Part shown: positions 22,307 through 33,958 of the stretch, one piece after another
How positions within the stretch are numbered: the first letter of the stretch is position 1
Layout: every line of letters begins with the position of its first letter
DNA from: Chloropicon primus
Taxonomy: Eukaryota
NCBI GenBank assembly: GCA_023205875.1
Contig: CP060757.1
Span: 1,426,001 to 1,460,551 of the forward strand
Direction: 5' to 3'
Length of the DNA stretch: 34,551 nt
Notes under the pieces: model-generated
Databases searched by the model: none
Seen by the model: the letters and a program-made list of their open reading frames with translations, nothing else
Told to the model about the DNA's origin: nothing
Position numbers and translations under genes: made by a program

Positions 22307-22397
22307 CTTTCCTTTCCTTTGGGTGTTCCACAGACCAGACTCCTCGATACTCCAAGACCAAGACCTTTCCTCTTCCTCTTCCTCTTCCTCTCCGTCC

Positions 22398-22442
22398 GTC
22401 GTGTGTGTCGTGTGTGTCGTGTGTGTCGTGTGTGTCGTGTGT
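22398..22442. repeat. 9-bp tandem repeat (GTCGTGTGT)x~5
   Basis: Directly visible. Confidence 0.85.
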
Positions 22443-22774
22443 GAGGTCAAGGGGTCGTTGTGTTGTGTTGTGCGGTTGTCCTGTCGGTCGTGGTCCTGTC
22501 CTCCTGTCCTCCCAAGGTGGTCCCTGGCTTGGCCAAGCTCCTGGGGTCTCCGTCTCCAACCTCCAACCATCTCCACAAAAAGGGACAGAGGAAGAGAGGG
22601 GAGAGAGGAGCTCTGTCGCTCGGTCTCGGTCTCGGTCTCTCGGTCAGTTCCTAAACACAACTTCACACCAGTCCGACCGGGGGAGGAGGGTCTCCACAAC
22701 CATCAACCATCAACCATCAACCAGGTACGGACGCACGCACGCGTAAGGAAGGCAAGGGACCGAGACGAGGCAGG

Positions 22775-23471
22775 ATGGACTTGAGTCGTGTGCAGAAGGA
22801 GATCCGGGAGATATCCCAAGACAAAGCGAGCGGGATAAGCGTGAGGGTGTTGGGGGAGGACCTCACCAGGCTCGAGGGGACCCTCAAAGGGCCCAAGGAC
22901 ACCGTATATGAGGGAGGTAAGCTCAACACGAACACGAGAACACGAGAACACGAGAACGGGAAAGCGAAGCGAAGCGATCCAAGGAGCGAGCTTTTTCGTA
23001 CTGACGCTCGATGCGCATTCTCTGGTGTGAACGACGAAACTAGGCATATTCGTCGTGGACATTGAGATAAAGGGGGTTTACCCCTTTGAGCCACCGAAGA
23101 TGCGGTTCAAGAGCAAAATCTGGCACCCCAACGTGAGCAGCCAGAACGGTGCGATCTGTCTCGACATTCTCAAGGACCAGTGGTCCCCTGCCCTCACTAT
23201 AAAGACGGCGCTCCTTTCCCTTCAGGCCCTTCTCTGCTCCCCAGAGCCCAACGACCCCCAGGACGCGGTCGTGGCGAAGCAGTACCTGAACGACATGCCT
23301 CTGTTCGAGCAGACCGCGAGGCACTGGACGAGGACCTACGCCTCGGAGACGGCGTCCCAGAAGAACCTCAAGCAGCTGCTGGAGATGGGTTTCTCGGAGG
23401 AAGATGCGAGCACCGCACTGGACAACGCGGGAGGGGACCTCAACACGGCCTTGGCGGCCTTGCTGGGCTGA
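22775..23471 (+). CDS. UBC27: Ubiquitin-conjugating enzyme E2 with C-terminal UBA (UBC27/UBE2K/Ubc1 type); exons 22775-22916 and 23044-23471, 189 aa
   Basis: [47 protein letters not shown], and UBA LLEMGF. Phase-1 intron 22917-23043. Confidence 0.95.
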
Positions 23472-23781
23472 GAAGGGGTATAGGGAAGATACAGGGAAAT
23501 CGAAACGAATAAACAAACGGTGGACTGCACGACACGCGTCGCGGACCATCCTCGCGGCTGGGGCGCGAGGGTCAGTCTCCGCAACGGGCGCCTTCCCTTC
23601 TCTTCGTCCGTTGTTTGTATCATTATTTTTTTATTATCACAGTCACAGTCATAGAAAGCAGAACATATGTGTTTTTTTTGGGGTGGACTTGGCTTCTTCT
23701 CACCGACGGCGAGGGTTGGGGGGATAACGCCAGCGGGGTTCCCGTCCACTCGACCAAGGCAGTCTGGTCAAGGACGTTCTC

Positions 23782-23827
23782 TTCAAGCAAGTCTCCGCTG
23801 ATCCAGCTTTGGCAGCCTTGCCGTCAT
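23782..23827 (-). promoter_or_regulatory. SECIS element (type II) in the GPX 3'UTR
   Basis: Minus strand reads AUGAC-GGCAAGGCUGCC-AAA-GCUG-GAU-CAGC-GGAGACUUGCU-UGAA: AUGA/GA quartet, ~11-bp helix II, unpaired AAA and an apical mini-stem, ~55 nt after the stop codon. Confidence 0.85.
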
Positions 23828-23881
23828 GCATCACCCCGCGCCGCAAAGTGTTCCCCAACCTCACCACTCCCCGTTCGTGGC

Positions 23882-24706
23882 TCACGCGATCTGGTCGTCG
23901 ACCTTGCACACCAATCTCCCGGGGTGCAAGAAGCACTCTTCCGGGAGCGGGTCCCTGCCTTTCAGCACGAGCTGCAGGTCCTTCTCAAAGTCCAGCGGAT
24001 CGAAAGACGGCTTGTACCTCTTCACCGCTTTGCCCTCCCGGTTGACGAGGAACTTGACGTAGTTCCACTCGAGCTCCCCCTTCTTCTGGGGCCTCGTGCC
24101 ACCGGAGGGCACGCTCGTGGGCTGGTCCCTGCGCAGCAGCTGGTACACGGGGTGGGCCCCGAACCCGTTGACGTCCACCTTGTCGAAGACCGGGAACTCA
24201 AAACCAAACTTCCTCCACGCGAACTCGCGCTCCTCCTGGGACGTTCCGGGGGCCTGGCCGCCGAACTGGTTGCAGGAGAAGCCGATGAGCTCGAACCCGT
24301 CCTTGTTGTACGTCTCGTACAGCTGCCTCAGGGACGGATAGTTGATGTTCTGCAAGGGTCATTCGCTCGCAACGTTCACAACGACGGTGACCTGTCCGTC
24401 GTACCTGTCGAGCGGGACCTCCTCGCCATACATTTTGGCGGAGAGAGCGTAGAGCCCCTTCCCCTCCGCCCTCGCTTCCCCGAGCGGCCCGGTTGCCAGC
24501 GCCAGTCCGGAGCCCAAGGCCAACCCCCCTCGTAGGAGGACCCCCCTCCTGGTATCGTGCTCGTGCTCGTGCTCGTGCCCTGGTGCGGCCTCGGTCGCCT
24601 TCCCGTCCCGGTTGTGGCATCCCTTGGCCCTCGCCCTGGCGTCCCTCGCCCCCTCCCCTCCACGCGGGAGGACCCGCACCCTCCCCGCCACGCGAGCCAG
24701 CGCCAT
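23882..24706 (-). CDS. GPX: Selenocysteine-containing glutathione peroxidase with a plastid/thylakoid presequence, 274 aa; Sec UGA at 24361-24359
   Basis: The two track ORFs are in one frame across a TGA at the peroxidatic position: VVVNVASE-U-PLQNINY. CNQFGGQ and WNYVKFLV are intact, and a SECIS lies downstream. Confidence 0.92.
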
Positions 24707-25065
24707 AGCGTTCCAGATTTAGATCCAGACCTCACAGCCAGGAGATGGAGATTGGATAAGGGTAAGGGAGGAGAGGATAGGGAGAGAGGGAGGGACGAGT
24801 TGAGTTTCAGTGACGGAGGGACGGCAGGAAGAGCGGAGATGGGTGACTTGAGTTCAGAGATGTATTGTTTGAGCCCAAATCAAATTAAAAATCCCCGAAA
24901 AAGCGTGGTGGGGGTGGTTGGTTTACAGCACTCCCCAGAGCCCTCAAATCGTCGGGCCCAGCGGGCGTCCACGCGACACGGAGCAAAGAGCGCACCCCTC
25001 TCTCCGTGTTTTCTTCCCTAACGGGCAAGTGCCCAAGCGTCCTCCCCGAGTCTCCTTCTCTCCTT

Positions 25066-26238
<1,173 letters not shown>

Positions 26239-26584
26239 CTAAACCCAAACCGACAAACCAGCTTTGCCCCCGTGTTTCGCCAAGGCTTTGCTTGCTTGCG
26301 TGATGGCCGCAACGCTCCTGCCTCCTGTGTGTCCTCGTCCTGTCCCGGTGATGTCCCGGTCTCGTTCTCGTTCTCGTTCTTGTGTTGTGTCGTGTTGTTG
26401 TTCCCCTTGTCGTCCGTCCTGGTGTTTCTCCTCCTCCCTGGTTTTTGGATAAAAGTGGTTATCCGTCTACACGCGTGGTGATTGGACCAAACACCTTCCG
26501 ATGAAAGAAGATCCCCCCCTCGAACCAGAGATCATCCTCACGGAGGAGGACGAGCAACATAAAGGAGAAGGAGAGATCCATCCC

Positions 26585-26757
26585 AACACGAACACGAACA
26601 CCGGCATCAACACGAACACGAACACCGGCATCAACACGAACACGAACACGAACACCGGCATCAACACCGGCATCAACATCAACACCGGCATCAACACCAA
26701 CACCGGCATCAACACCAACACCAACACCAACACCGGCATCAACACGGGTATCACCAC
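26585..26757. repeat. Hexamer-based minisatellite (AACACG/AACACC/GGCATC) between the divergent hemC and psaM genes
   Basis: Directly visible, e.g. AACACGAACACCGGCATC repeated with variation. Confidence 0.9.
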
Positions 26758-26769
26758 TGGACGAGGAGG

Positions 26770-26970
26770 ATGAACGCGAGGAGTGTGAGCAGGAGGAGTG
26801 TGAGGGTGGGGGGGACCAAGGGGAACCACCAAGGAAACCTTCTGAGGATGAGGCAGAAGAACAACAGCAACAACAACAGGACGAGGATGAACAACAACGT
26901 CGGACTCGCGGGGGCTCTCGCACTCACCACCACCACACTCGGGGCAAAGGTAAGACACACACAACACACA

Positions 26971-27002
<32 letters not shown>

Positions 27003-27394
27003 CGGACAGAAACGACGCCTTGTTCTGCTTTGCTCTAGTGTGTTGGGATCCCAAGTCACCAACAACACGCCCACCACCTCGTGCACTCGGAGAGTTGGGC
27101 TCGGTGAAACCTGCCTGAAGACACCTCGCGAGGTGACTGACACGATGTTTTCCACTCGCTCGCTCTGCCCCTCGTCTGGATCTTTCACCAACCAACCCAC
27201 GAATAATGATTGGGGTGGGTCGTCGTCGTCGTCGTTTGCATTTCACGTCGTTGCAGGCCGCCTTCGCAGCGAACGAGGTGTACGAGGTGGCGGCCACCTT
27301 CAACCTGGAGGATGGCCAGGTCTTCGGTGCCGTGTTCATCTCCCTCATCGCGGGCATCTTGGCCACCAGGCTCGGGACGGAGCTCTACAAGTGA
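26770..27394 (+). CDS. psaM: Nucleus-encoded photosystem I subunit XII (PsaM) with bipartite presequence; exons 26770-26949 and 27257-27394, 105 aa
   Basis: The C-terminal [29 protein letters not shown] matches the PsaM pattern (D.Q....L..AL..GILA.RLG.ELY). Phase-0 GTAAG..CTGAC..TTGCAG intron, with no AG between the branch point and the acceptor. Confidence 0.85.
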
Positions 27395-27748
27395 GCGCGG
27401 GGAGTCATAATCAATAGTGTGTCACGGGAAGTAAGCCACAGCCACCCCAAACGCAGGCGTGTGTAAAGAAACAAAAATAAGCGAACCGAACCAGCTTTGA
27501 ATAAAAGTAAGAGTTGCATTGAGAAACAAGTTGAACATCCACGAGTGAGTTGCGTGGGGAAGAACGAGGCGGCACGCGAGTCCAAATCTCGACGACCCCG
27601 AACTCTGCCAAGCAGCGGCCGTCCCTACGAAAAGAGAGGCACGCGGCTAGTGTGCACCAGAGAACTCCCAAGGCAACCACCCCCGCAACCCACGCCAAAC
27701 CCCGGCTCCGGCCTTCCCCAGCCCGTGCCGGAGGGGGAGTTCGGGCCC

Positions 27749-28198
27749 TCAGCTCGCCGCGCCTCGGCCCCTCGATGGCTGGTGGAACTTGGAGGGCGTT
27801 CCCAAGCTGCTCAAGCAAGCGAGTCCCGAGATGAGCGCTATGACGAGCACGATGCTCACGATCACCACCTCTCCCGTCTTCGCCCGGTTTTGGCACTTGG
27901 AGTCGCAAGTCTTCTCCTCTCCCAGAGGCGATGCGCACGCCACGCTGAAGTCGAACAGAAGCGAAGGGAAGGAAAGGGAAGGGAAGGGAAGGGTGGCGTC
28001 AGTCAGGACACTGGGCTGTGGTCCACGGGGAGCGACGACGGTCCTCCGCTGGAGAGGGAGAGAGGCACAATGGCGACGAGTTGCTGACTCGCCCCGGCCT
28101 CGTTGTTTTCCTTCTTACCTTTGGATTGCCGCCGCGGCAAGAATCATCGTCACGCCGAGCACCCACTCCCCTCTCGTTCTTCCTCCTCTCCCCGCCAT
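27749..28198 (-). CDS. Minimal V-ATPase accessory subunit S1 (Ac45/Voa1) TM-domain-like protein; exons 28198-28119 and 27944-27749, 91 aa
   Basis: Spliced MAGRGGRTRGEWVLGVTMILAAAAIQ|SVACASPLGEEKTCDSKCQNRAKTGEVVIVSIVLVIALISGLACLSSLGTPSKFHQP. The CD..C..LISGL.C....TP..F pattern recalls plant Ac45-VOA1_TM proteins. Intron GTAAG..CTGACTGAC..CAG. Confidence 0.7.
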
Positions 28199-29011
28199 AC
28201 CGTCCTCGCGTTCCCCCTCTCTCGACGTCGTCGTCTTTTGCGTTTGCGTTCGCGTTTGCGTTTGGGTCCCGGCGCCGTAAGTGCTTGTGTCTGTGTCTGT
28301 GTCTATATCCCTGGCGTCTGCTGTCGTACGCCACCCTCAACCTCCTCCTCGTCGTCGTCGTCGTCGTCGTTCGTCCTCGTCCCCAGCGCGAGCGACCGAG
28401 GGTCGGTGCGGTGCGTCGTCGTTCGTCGTTCGTGGTGAGAAGAAGAATACAGCAGGGGCGGAGCACCACAAAGGGAGTGAGCAACGACGGAGGGCTTGGT
28501 AGAGGAGGACTTCTCGCCGACCTCGAGAAAAACAGAGCGGCCAGGATCACCACGGGACTCTACCTGTCTCGCTCTCTTTCTTTCTGCGACCTGTGCGCGG
28601 GCCAGCCACCCTCTGATCATCTTTTGGAAGGAGCGTTATGCGCTGAGTTTGGGGTTGGGGGGTGCTCGCCTCGTCGTCGCTCAAAGGGGGAGGGAGAGGG
28701 AGAGGACAGAGGCGTGGGTTTGGACAACGCCAGGATGCATGCGAGGAGGACCCTTGTCTTGCTCGGCACGTGCCGACCCTGTGCTCGGGAGACTGGCACC
28801 CCGTGCGTGGAGGGAATGTAAAGTCACGCGTCACGCGTGGGAGGAAAGAGTCACTCACGCACCACGGTGACCGAAAGTCCGAGACAATGAATCGACTTCT
28901 CGAGACGTGGAGGGTGGGCCCACCGCAAGGGGTCTCATTCGACGGACGAAGCGCGTCGACCAACCACGATATCGAGAGTCGCGAAACTTCAACGCCCTAA
29001 ACCCTCGAACG

Positions 29012-30228
29012 ATGGTGAAGACACACGCCACCTCGCGCCTTCTCGCCATCACTCTCGCGCTCCTCGCCTGTTCCGCGATGGCGATCAGACCCCTCGAGGA
29101 CGCGCACTCGCCCCCCGGGCGCTCGCTTTTGGACGTGGGCCAGTACGATGTACGCAAGACCTACTTCTCGTCTCCCCACAGTTTGGTGGTGCTCACGCCT
29201 TCGGCGAGGAACGGGACCGAACCGACGGGGAGGGAGACGTACCCCGCTATCATCTTCGCCCACGGCCTCTGCGGGCCTGTCGGTGACTACGAGGCGATCC
29301 TGGAAGCCATCGCGGGGCAGGGGTTCATCGTCGTCGCCAACAGGGAGCAGCTGCGATGCGGTCCCAGCTGGCGGCAGCTCTTCACCTTCAACCCCTTTGG
29401 AAATCTGAAGGCCGCGGCCAATGGTGGAGTCATGGTGGAGAACCTGCGGAAGGAGGTGGACTTCCTCCTCAACTGGAACCAGACCCCGGCCTTCGACGGG
29501 GAGCGCATCGGTCTCGTCGGCCATTCCATGGGGGGAGGCGCCGTGATCGATCTGGCGGCCAAGCTCGCCTCCTCCCACCCCGGCATCGTCAAGGCCGTGG
29601 CAGCGATCGCCCCTTGGTAAGCCACCTCCCTCACGCCCCCCGCCTGTTTCCCCCCTTCGTCTGTGCTGACCCCATCTTTCCTCGTCAGGAACGGCATCAA
29701 CAATGCGGACAGGCCCTCGAGCGTTGCGCACAAGATCAACGCCCCCCTCCTCCTGATTTGCTCCAAGAACGACCAGATCTGCCCCTGCAACGGCATGGTG
29801 GGCGCCGCCACCGGCGTGGGCTACAGCCTCCCCTCCCGCATGATGCTGGGTGCCGTCTTCGAGGGCAACGACGGCCGGTGGTTCGGCGGCGTGGACGCCA
29901 TCTACGACGATGCCCTGAAGAACCAGGAGAGGAACAACGTGACCATCGAGAGGTTTCACAAGGGCGGCCACTTTGCGATGGCGGGGATCAGCCGGGAGGC
30001 TGTGATCAGGCTTGGGGAGTCCTGGGGTCAGCCCCGGTGGGTGAGTGCCGTTCTTCGCGGGTACCACGCCTTTCCCGACTGTTCTTCTGACTTTGCCCTT
30101 CTCTCTTTCGCGTCCTTCCTCAGATGGCCTCCATGGGAACCGCCTTCGCCGAGATCAAGGACGGGTCCAACCCCTTTCCTGAGGTCAAGTCCCTCGTGAC
30201 CACCTTTCTCGATAAGAACGTCAAGTGA
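29012..30228 (+). CDS. Secreted alpha/beta hydrolase, PETase/cutinase/chlorophyllase-like, copy 1; exons 29012-29616, 29689-30040, 30124-30228, 353 aa
   Basis: Signal peptide (RLLAITLALLACSAMA), YPAIIFAHG, nucleophile elbow GHSMGGG, AIAP|W, SKNDQIC (Asp) and GGHFA (His). Two GT-AG introns keep the frame. Confidence 0.88.
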
Positions 30229-31334
30229 CTTGCTTGCGTACCGCCTTTAATCTTTTATTATTACCTCCGTTTTGCTTGGTTCCCCGCTCGTATATATGCG
30301 TGGCCGTTTCGTTTCTCTTTCTCAGTGAGAGACTCTCTGACAAAGGTGACGGGAGAATTCGCGATCTGCAGGAGTGTGGGAGGAGAATGTTGGGGGCAAC
30401 GAGTGGGCGAAGCGCATCTCTGTGGTTTCGGGTGACTTGTTCGTGCCACTTCAGTAGTTCTGCTGCACTTGCTGCCCCCGGCCCGGGGACTGACACCATG
30501 CACGGTGAAACACACGCCCAGCCCAGCCTGGTGATGGCGGAGAGGAGGCAAGGAGAAAGGAGGCGGAGGAGAGGCGTTCTTGGGGCAATGCAGGGGGTTG
30601 GGAGAGGAGATGAGGCAAGGAGAGGTGGTTATGGGTACTTGTTGGTAGCTTGGATCATCTTGGTTTGGTTCATGGTGACTTGATTGTGTAATGTAGGTGT
30701 GTATGATATGATTCTGTTGCTATTATTCTCCATTTTTGGCCTATTTTTCGAAACGAATAGTGGAGTGACGGATCCAGTTCGGAGCATCACAAAGGGAGTG
30801 AGCAACGACGGAGGGCTTGGTAGAGGAGGACTTCTCGCCGACCTCGAGAAAAACAGAGCGGCCAGGATCACCACAGGACTCTACCTCTGTCTCGCTCTCT
30901 TTCTTTCTGCGACCTGTGCGCGGGCCAGCCACCCTCTGATCATCTTTTGGAAGGAGCGTTATGCGCTGAGTTTGGGGTTGGGGGGTGCTCGCCTCGTCGT
31001 CGCTCAAAGGGGGAGGGAGAGGGAGAGGACAGAGGCGTGGGTTTGGACAACGCCAGGATGCATGCGAGGAGGACCCTTGTCTTGCTCGGCACGTGCCGAC
31101 CCTGTGCTCGGGAGACTGGCACCCCGTGCGTGGAGGGAATGTAAAGTCACGCGTCACGCGTGGGAGGAAAGAGTCACTCACGCACCACGGTGACCGAAAG
31201 TCCGAGACAATGAATCGACTTCTCGAGACGTGGAGGGTGGGCCCACCGCAAGGGGTCTCATTCGACGGACGAAGCGCGTCGACCAACCACGATATCGAGA
31301 GTCGCGAAACTTCAACGCCCTAAACCCTCGAACG

Positions 31335-32551
31335 ATGGTGAAGACACACGCCACCTCGCGCCTTCTCGCCATCACTCTCGCGCTCCTCGCCTGTTCCGCG
31401 ATGGCGATCAGACCCCTCGAGGACGCGCACTCGCCCCCCGGGCGCTCGCTTTTGGACGTGGGCCAGTACGATGTACGCAAGACCTACTTCTCGTCTCCCC
31501 ACAGTTTGGTGGTGCTCACGCCTTCGGCGAGGAACGGGACCGAACCGACGGGGAGGGAGACGTACCCCGCTATCATCTTCGCCCACGGCCTCTGCGGGCC
31601 TGTCGGTGACTACGAGGCGATCCTGGAAGCCATCGCGGGGCAGGGGTTCATCGTCGTCGCCAACAGGGAGCAGCTGCGATGCGGTCCCAGCTGGCGGCAG
31701 CTCTTCACCTTCAACCCCTTTGGAAATCTGAAGGCCGCGGCCAATGGTGGAGTCATGGTGGAGAACCTGCGGAAGGAGGTGGACTTCCTCCTCAACTGGA
31801 ACCAGACCCCGGCCTTCGACGGGGAGCGCATCGGTCTCGTCGGCCATTCCATGGGGGGAGGCGCCGTGATCGATCTGGCGGCCAAGCTCGCCTCCTCCCA
31901 CCCCGGCATCGTCAAGGCCGTGGCAGCGATCGCCCCTTGGTAAGCCACCTCCCTCACGCCCCCCGCCTGTTTCCCCCCTTCGTCTGTGCTGACCCCATCT
32001 TTCCTCGTCAGGAACGGCATCAACAATGCGGACAGGCCCTCGAGCGTTGCGCACAAGATCAACGCCCCCCTCCTCCTGATTTGCTCCAAGAACGACCAGA
32101 TCTGCCCCTGCAACGGCATGGTGGGCGCCGCCACCGGCGTGGGCTACAGCCTCCCCTCCCGCATGATGCTGGGTGCCGTCTTCGAGGGCAACGACGGCCG
32201 GTGGTTCGGCGGCGTGGACGCCATCTACGACGATGCCCTGAAGAACCAGGAGAGGAACAACGTGACCATCGAGAGGTTTCACAAGGGCGGCCACTTTGCG
32301 ATGGCGGGGATCAGCCGGGAGGCTGTGATCAGGCTTGGGGAGTCCTGGGGTCAGCCCCGGTGGGTGAGTGCCGTTCTTCGCGGGTACCACGCCTTTCCCG
32401 ACTGTTCTTCTGACTTTGCCCTTCTCTCTTTCGCGTCCTTCCTCAGATGGCCTCCATGGGAACCGCCTTCGCCGAGATCAAGGACGGGTCCAACCCCTTT
32501 CCTGAGGTCAAGTCCCTCGTGACCACCTTTCTCGATAAGAACGTCAAGTGA
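31335..32551 (+). CDS. Secreted alpha/beta hydrolase, copy 2; exons 31335-31939, 32012-32363, 32447-32551
   Basis: Same sequence and splice sites as copy 1 at offset +2323. Confidence 0.88.
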
Positions 32552-33455
32552 CTTGCTTGCGTACCGCCTTTAATCTTTTATTATTACCTCCGTTTTGCTT
32601 GGTTCCCCGCTCGTATATATGCGTGGCCGTTTCGTTTCTCTTTCTCAGTGAGAGACTCTCTGACAAAGGTGACGGGAGAATTCGCGATCTGCAGGAGTGT
32701 GGGAGGAGAATGTTGGGGGCAACGAGTGGGCGAAGCGCATCTCTGTGGTTTCGGGTGACTTGTTCGTGCCACTTCAGTAGTTCTGCTGCACTTGCTGCCC
32801 CCGGCCCGGGGACTGACACCATGCACGGTGAAACACACGCCCAGCCCAGCCTGGTGATGGCGGAGAGGAGGCAAGGAGAAAGGAGGCGGAGGAGAGGCGT
32901 TCTTGGGGCAATGCAGGGGGTTGGGAGAGGAGATGAGGCAAGGAGAGGTGGTTATGGGTACTTGTTGGTAGCTTGGATCATCTTGGTTTGGTTCATGGTG
33001 ACTTGATTGTGTAATGTAGGTGTGTATGATATGATTCTGTTGCTATTATTGTCCATTTTGGGGCCTACTTTTTGGTACGAATAGTGGAGTGACGGATCCA
33101 GTTCGTGTCCGATGGCTGTAAACCTTTGTCAGAAGAGGCTTGTATTTCATATGTGGATACTCCTCTAATATTGTGTATCTTCCCGTCGTCCTTGAGCCTG
33201 TAGAGATCCATCTGTCGGACCACTAAAACCCAAACCACAGCCCTCCATGGATGATGATGATGATGTGTGAATGGAGTCCTTGATGAAGAGACCTGTTCCG
33301 GGTGGAGTGTAATCTAGGGCACCAGAGAATAAAGTGATTGAATCGTAAACCTTACCCTGATCCACTCTTCTGCTGGAATCCGTCGTCTTATGCGACCTGA
33401 TTTAGGGCCGACTAAAACCAAAACCTCACTTAAACCTATACCAGAAGGAAAACAT

Positions 33456-33958
33456 GCGGTGGCTTGGAGGCACCACGGAAAGGTTGGATGATGCGACAGT
33501 GACTTTCTCTTAGACTTCTTTTGTTCCCCGGCTCCTTTCCTTGGCCAGGTCGTCCTTCCTTCCTTCCTCGGGCAAACCCTACTCAAGGCACTTCGGACCC
33601 ACGAGAGGGCCTTTTAGGCGTTAGGTCTTGGGACTCCCAAGGCTTTAGGAAACGCGGTGACTCGGAGGCACCACGAAAAAATTGGATGATGCAACGGTGT
33701 CTTTCTCTTAGGTTTCTTTTGTTCCTCGGGCTCCTTTCCTTGGCCAAGTCGTCCTTCCTTTCTTCCTCGGGCAAACCCTACTCAAGGCACTTCGGACCCA
33801 CGAGAGGGCCTTTTAGGCGTTAGGTTTTAGGACTCCCAAGGCTTTAGGAAACGCGGTGACTCGGAGGCACCAAGGAAAGGTTGGATGATGCGACGATGTC
33901 TTTCTCTTAGGCTTCTTTTGTTCTCCGGCTCCTTTCCTTGGCCAGGTCGTCCTTCCTT
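33456..33958 (+). repeat. Subtelomeric tandem repeat, ~198-199-bp period, ~2.5 copies
   Basis: GCGGTG.CT.GGAGGCACC recurs at 33456, 33654 and 33853. Units carry AAACCCTA and TTTTAGG motifs. The third copy is truncated. Confidence 0.9.

Larger units (their letters stand above)
28459..33105 (+). repeat. Direct tandem duplication of a ~2.32-kb unit (copy 1 ~28459-30781, copy 2 ~30780-33105)
   Basis: Identical ORF sets at offset 2323. Junction GATCCAGTT-CG-GAGCA with 2-bp CG microhomology. Confidence 0.95.

Noticed and set aside
24359..24361. GPX as a pseudogene with a premature stop
   Set aside because: The TGA is at the catalytic position, the rest of the frame is intact, and a SECIS is present.
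30229..30780. ORFs in the 3' part of the duplicated unit
   Set aside because: No motifs and atypical composition; probably UTR/intergenic.
28459..33105. 2.3-kb repeats as LTRs or a transposon
   Set aside because: The copies abut directly and contain an intron-bearing host-type gene. No TG..CA ends, TIRs, TSD, or transposase/RT motifs were seen.
33165..33365. 66-aa minus-strand subtelomeric ORF
   Set aside because: Short, in AT-richer DNA, with no recognisable family.
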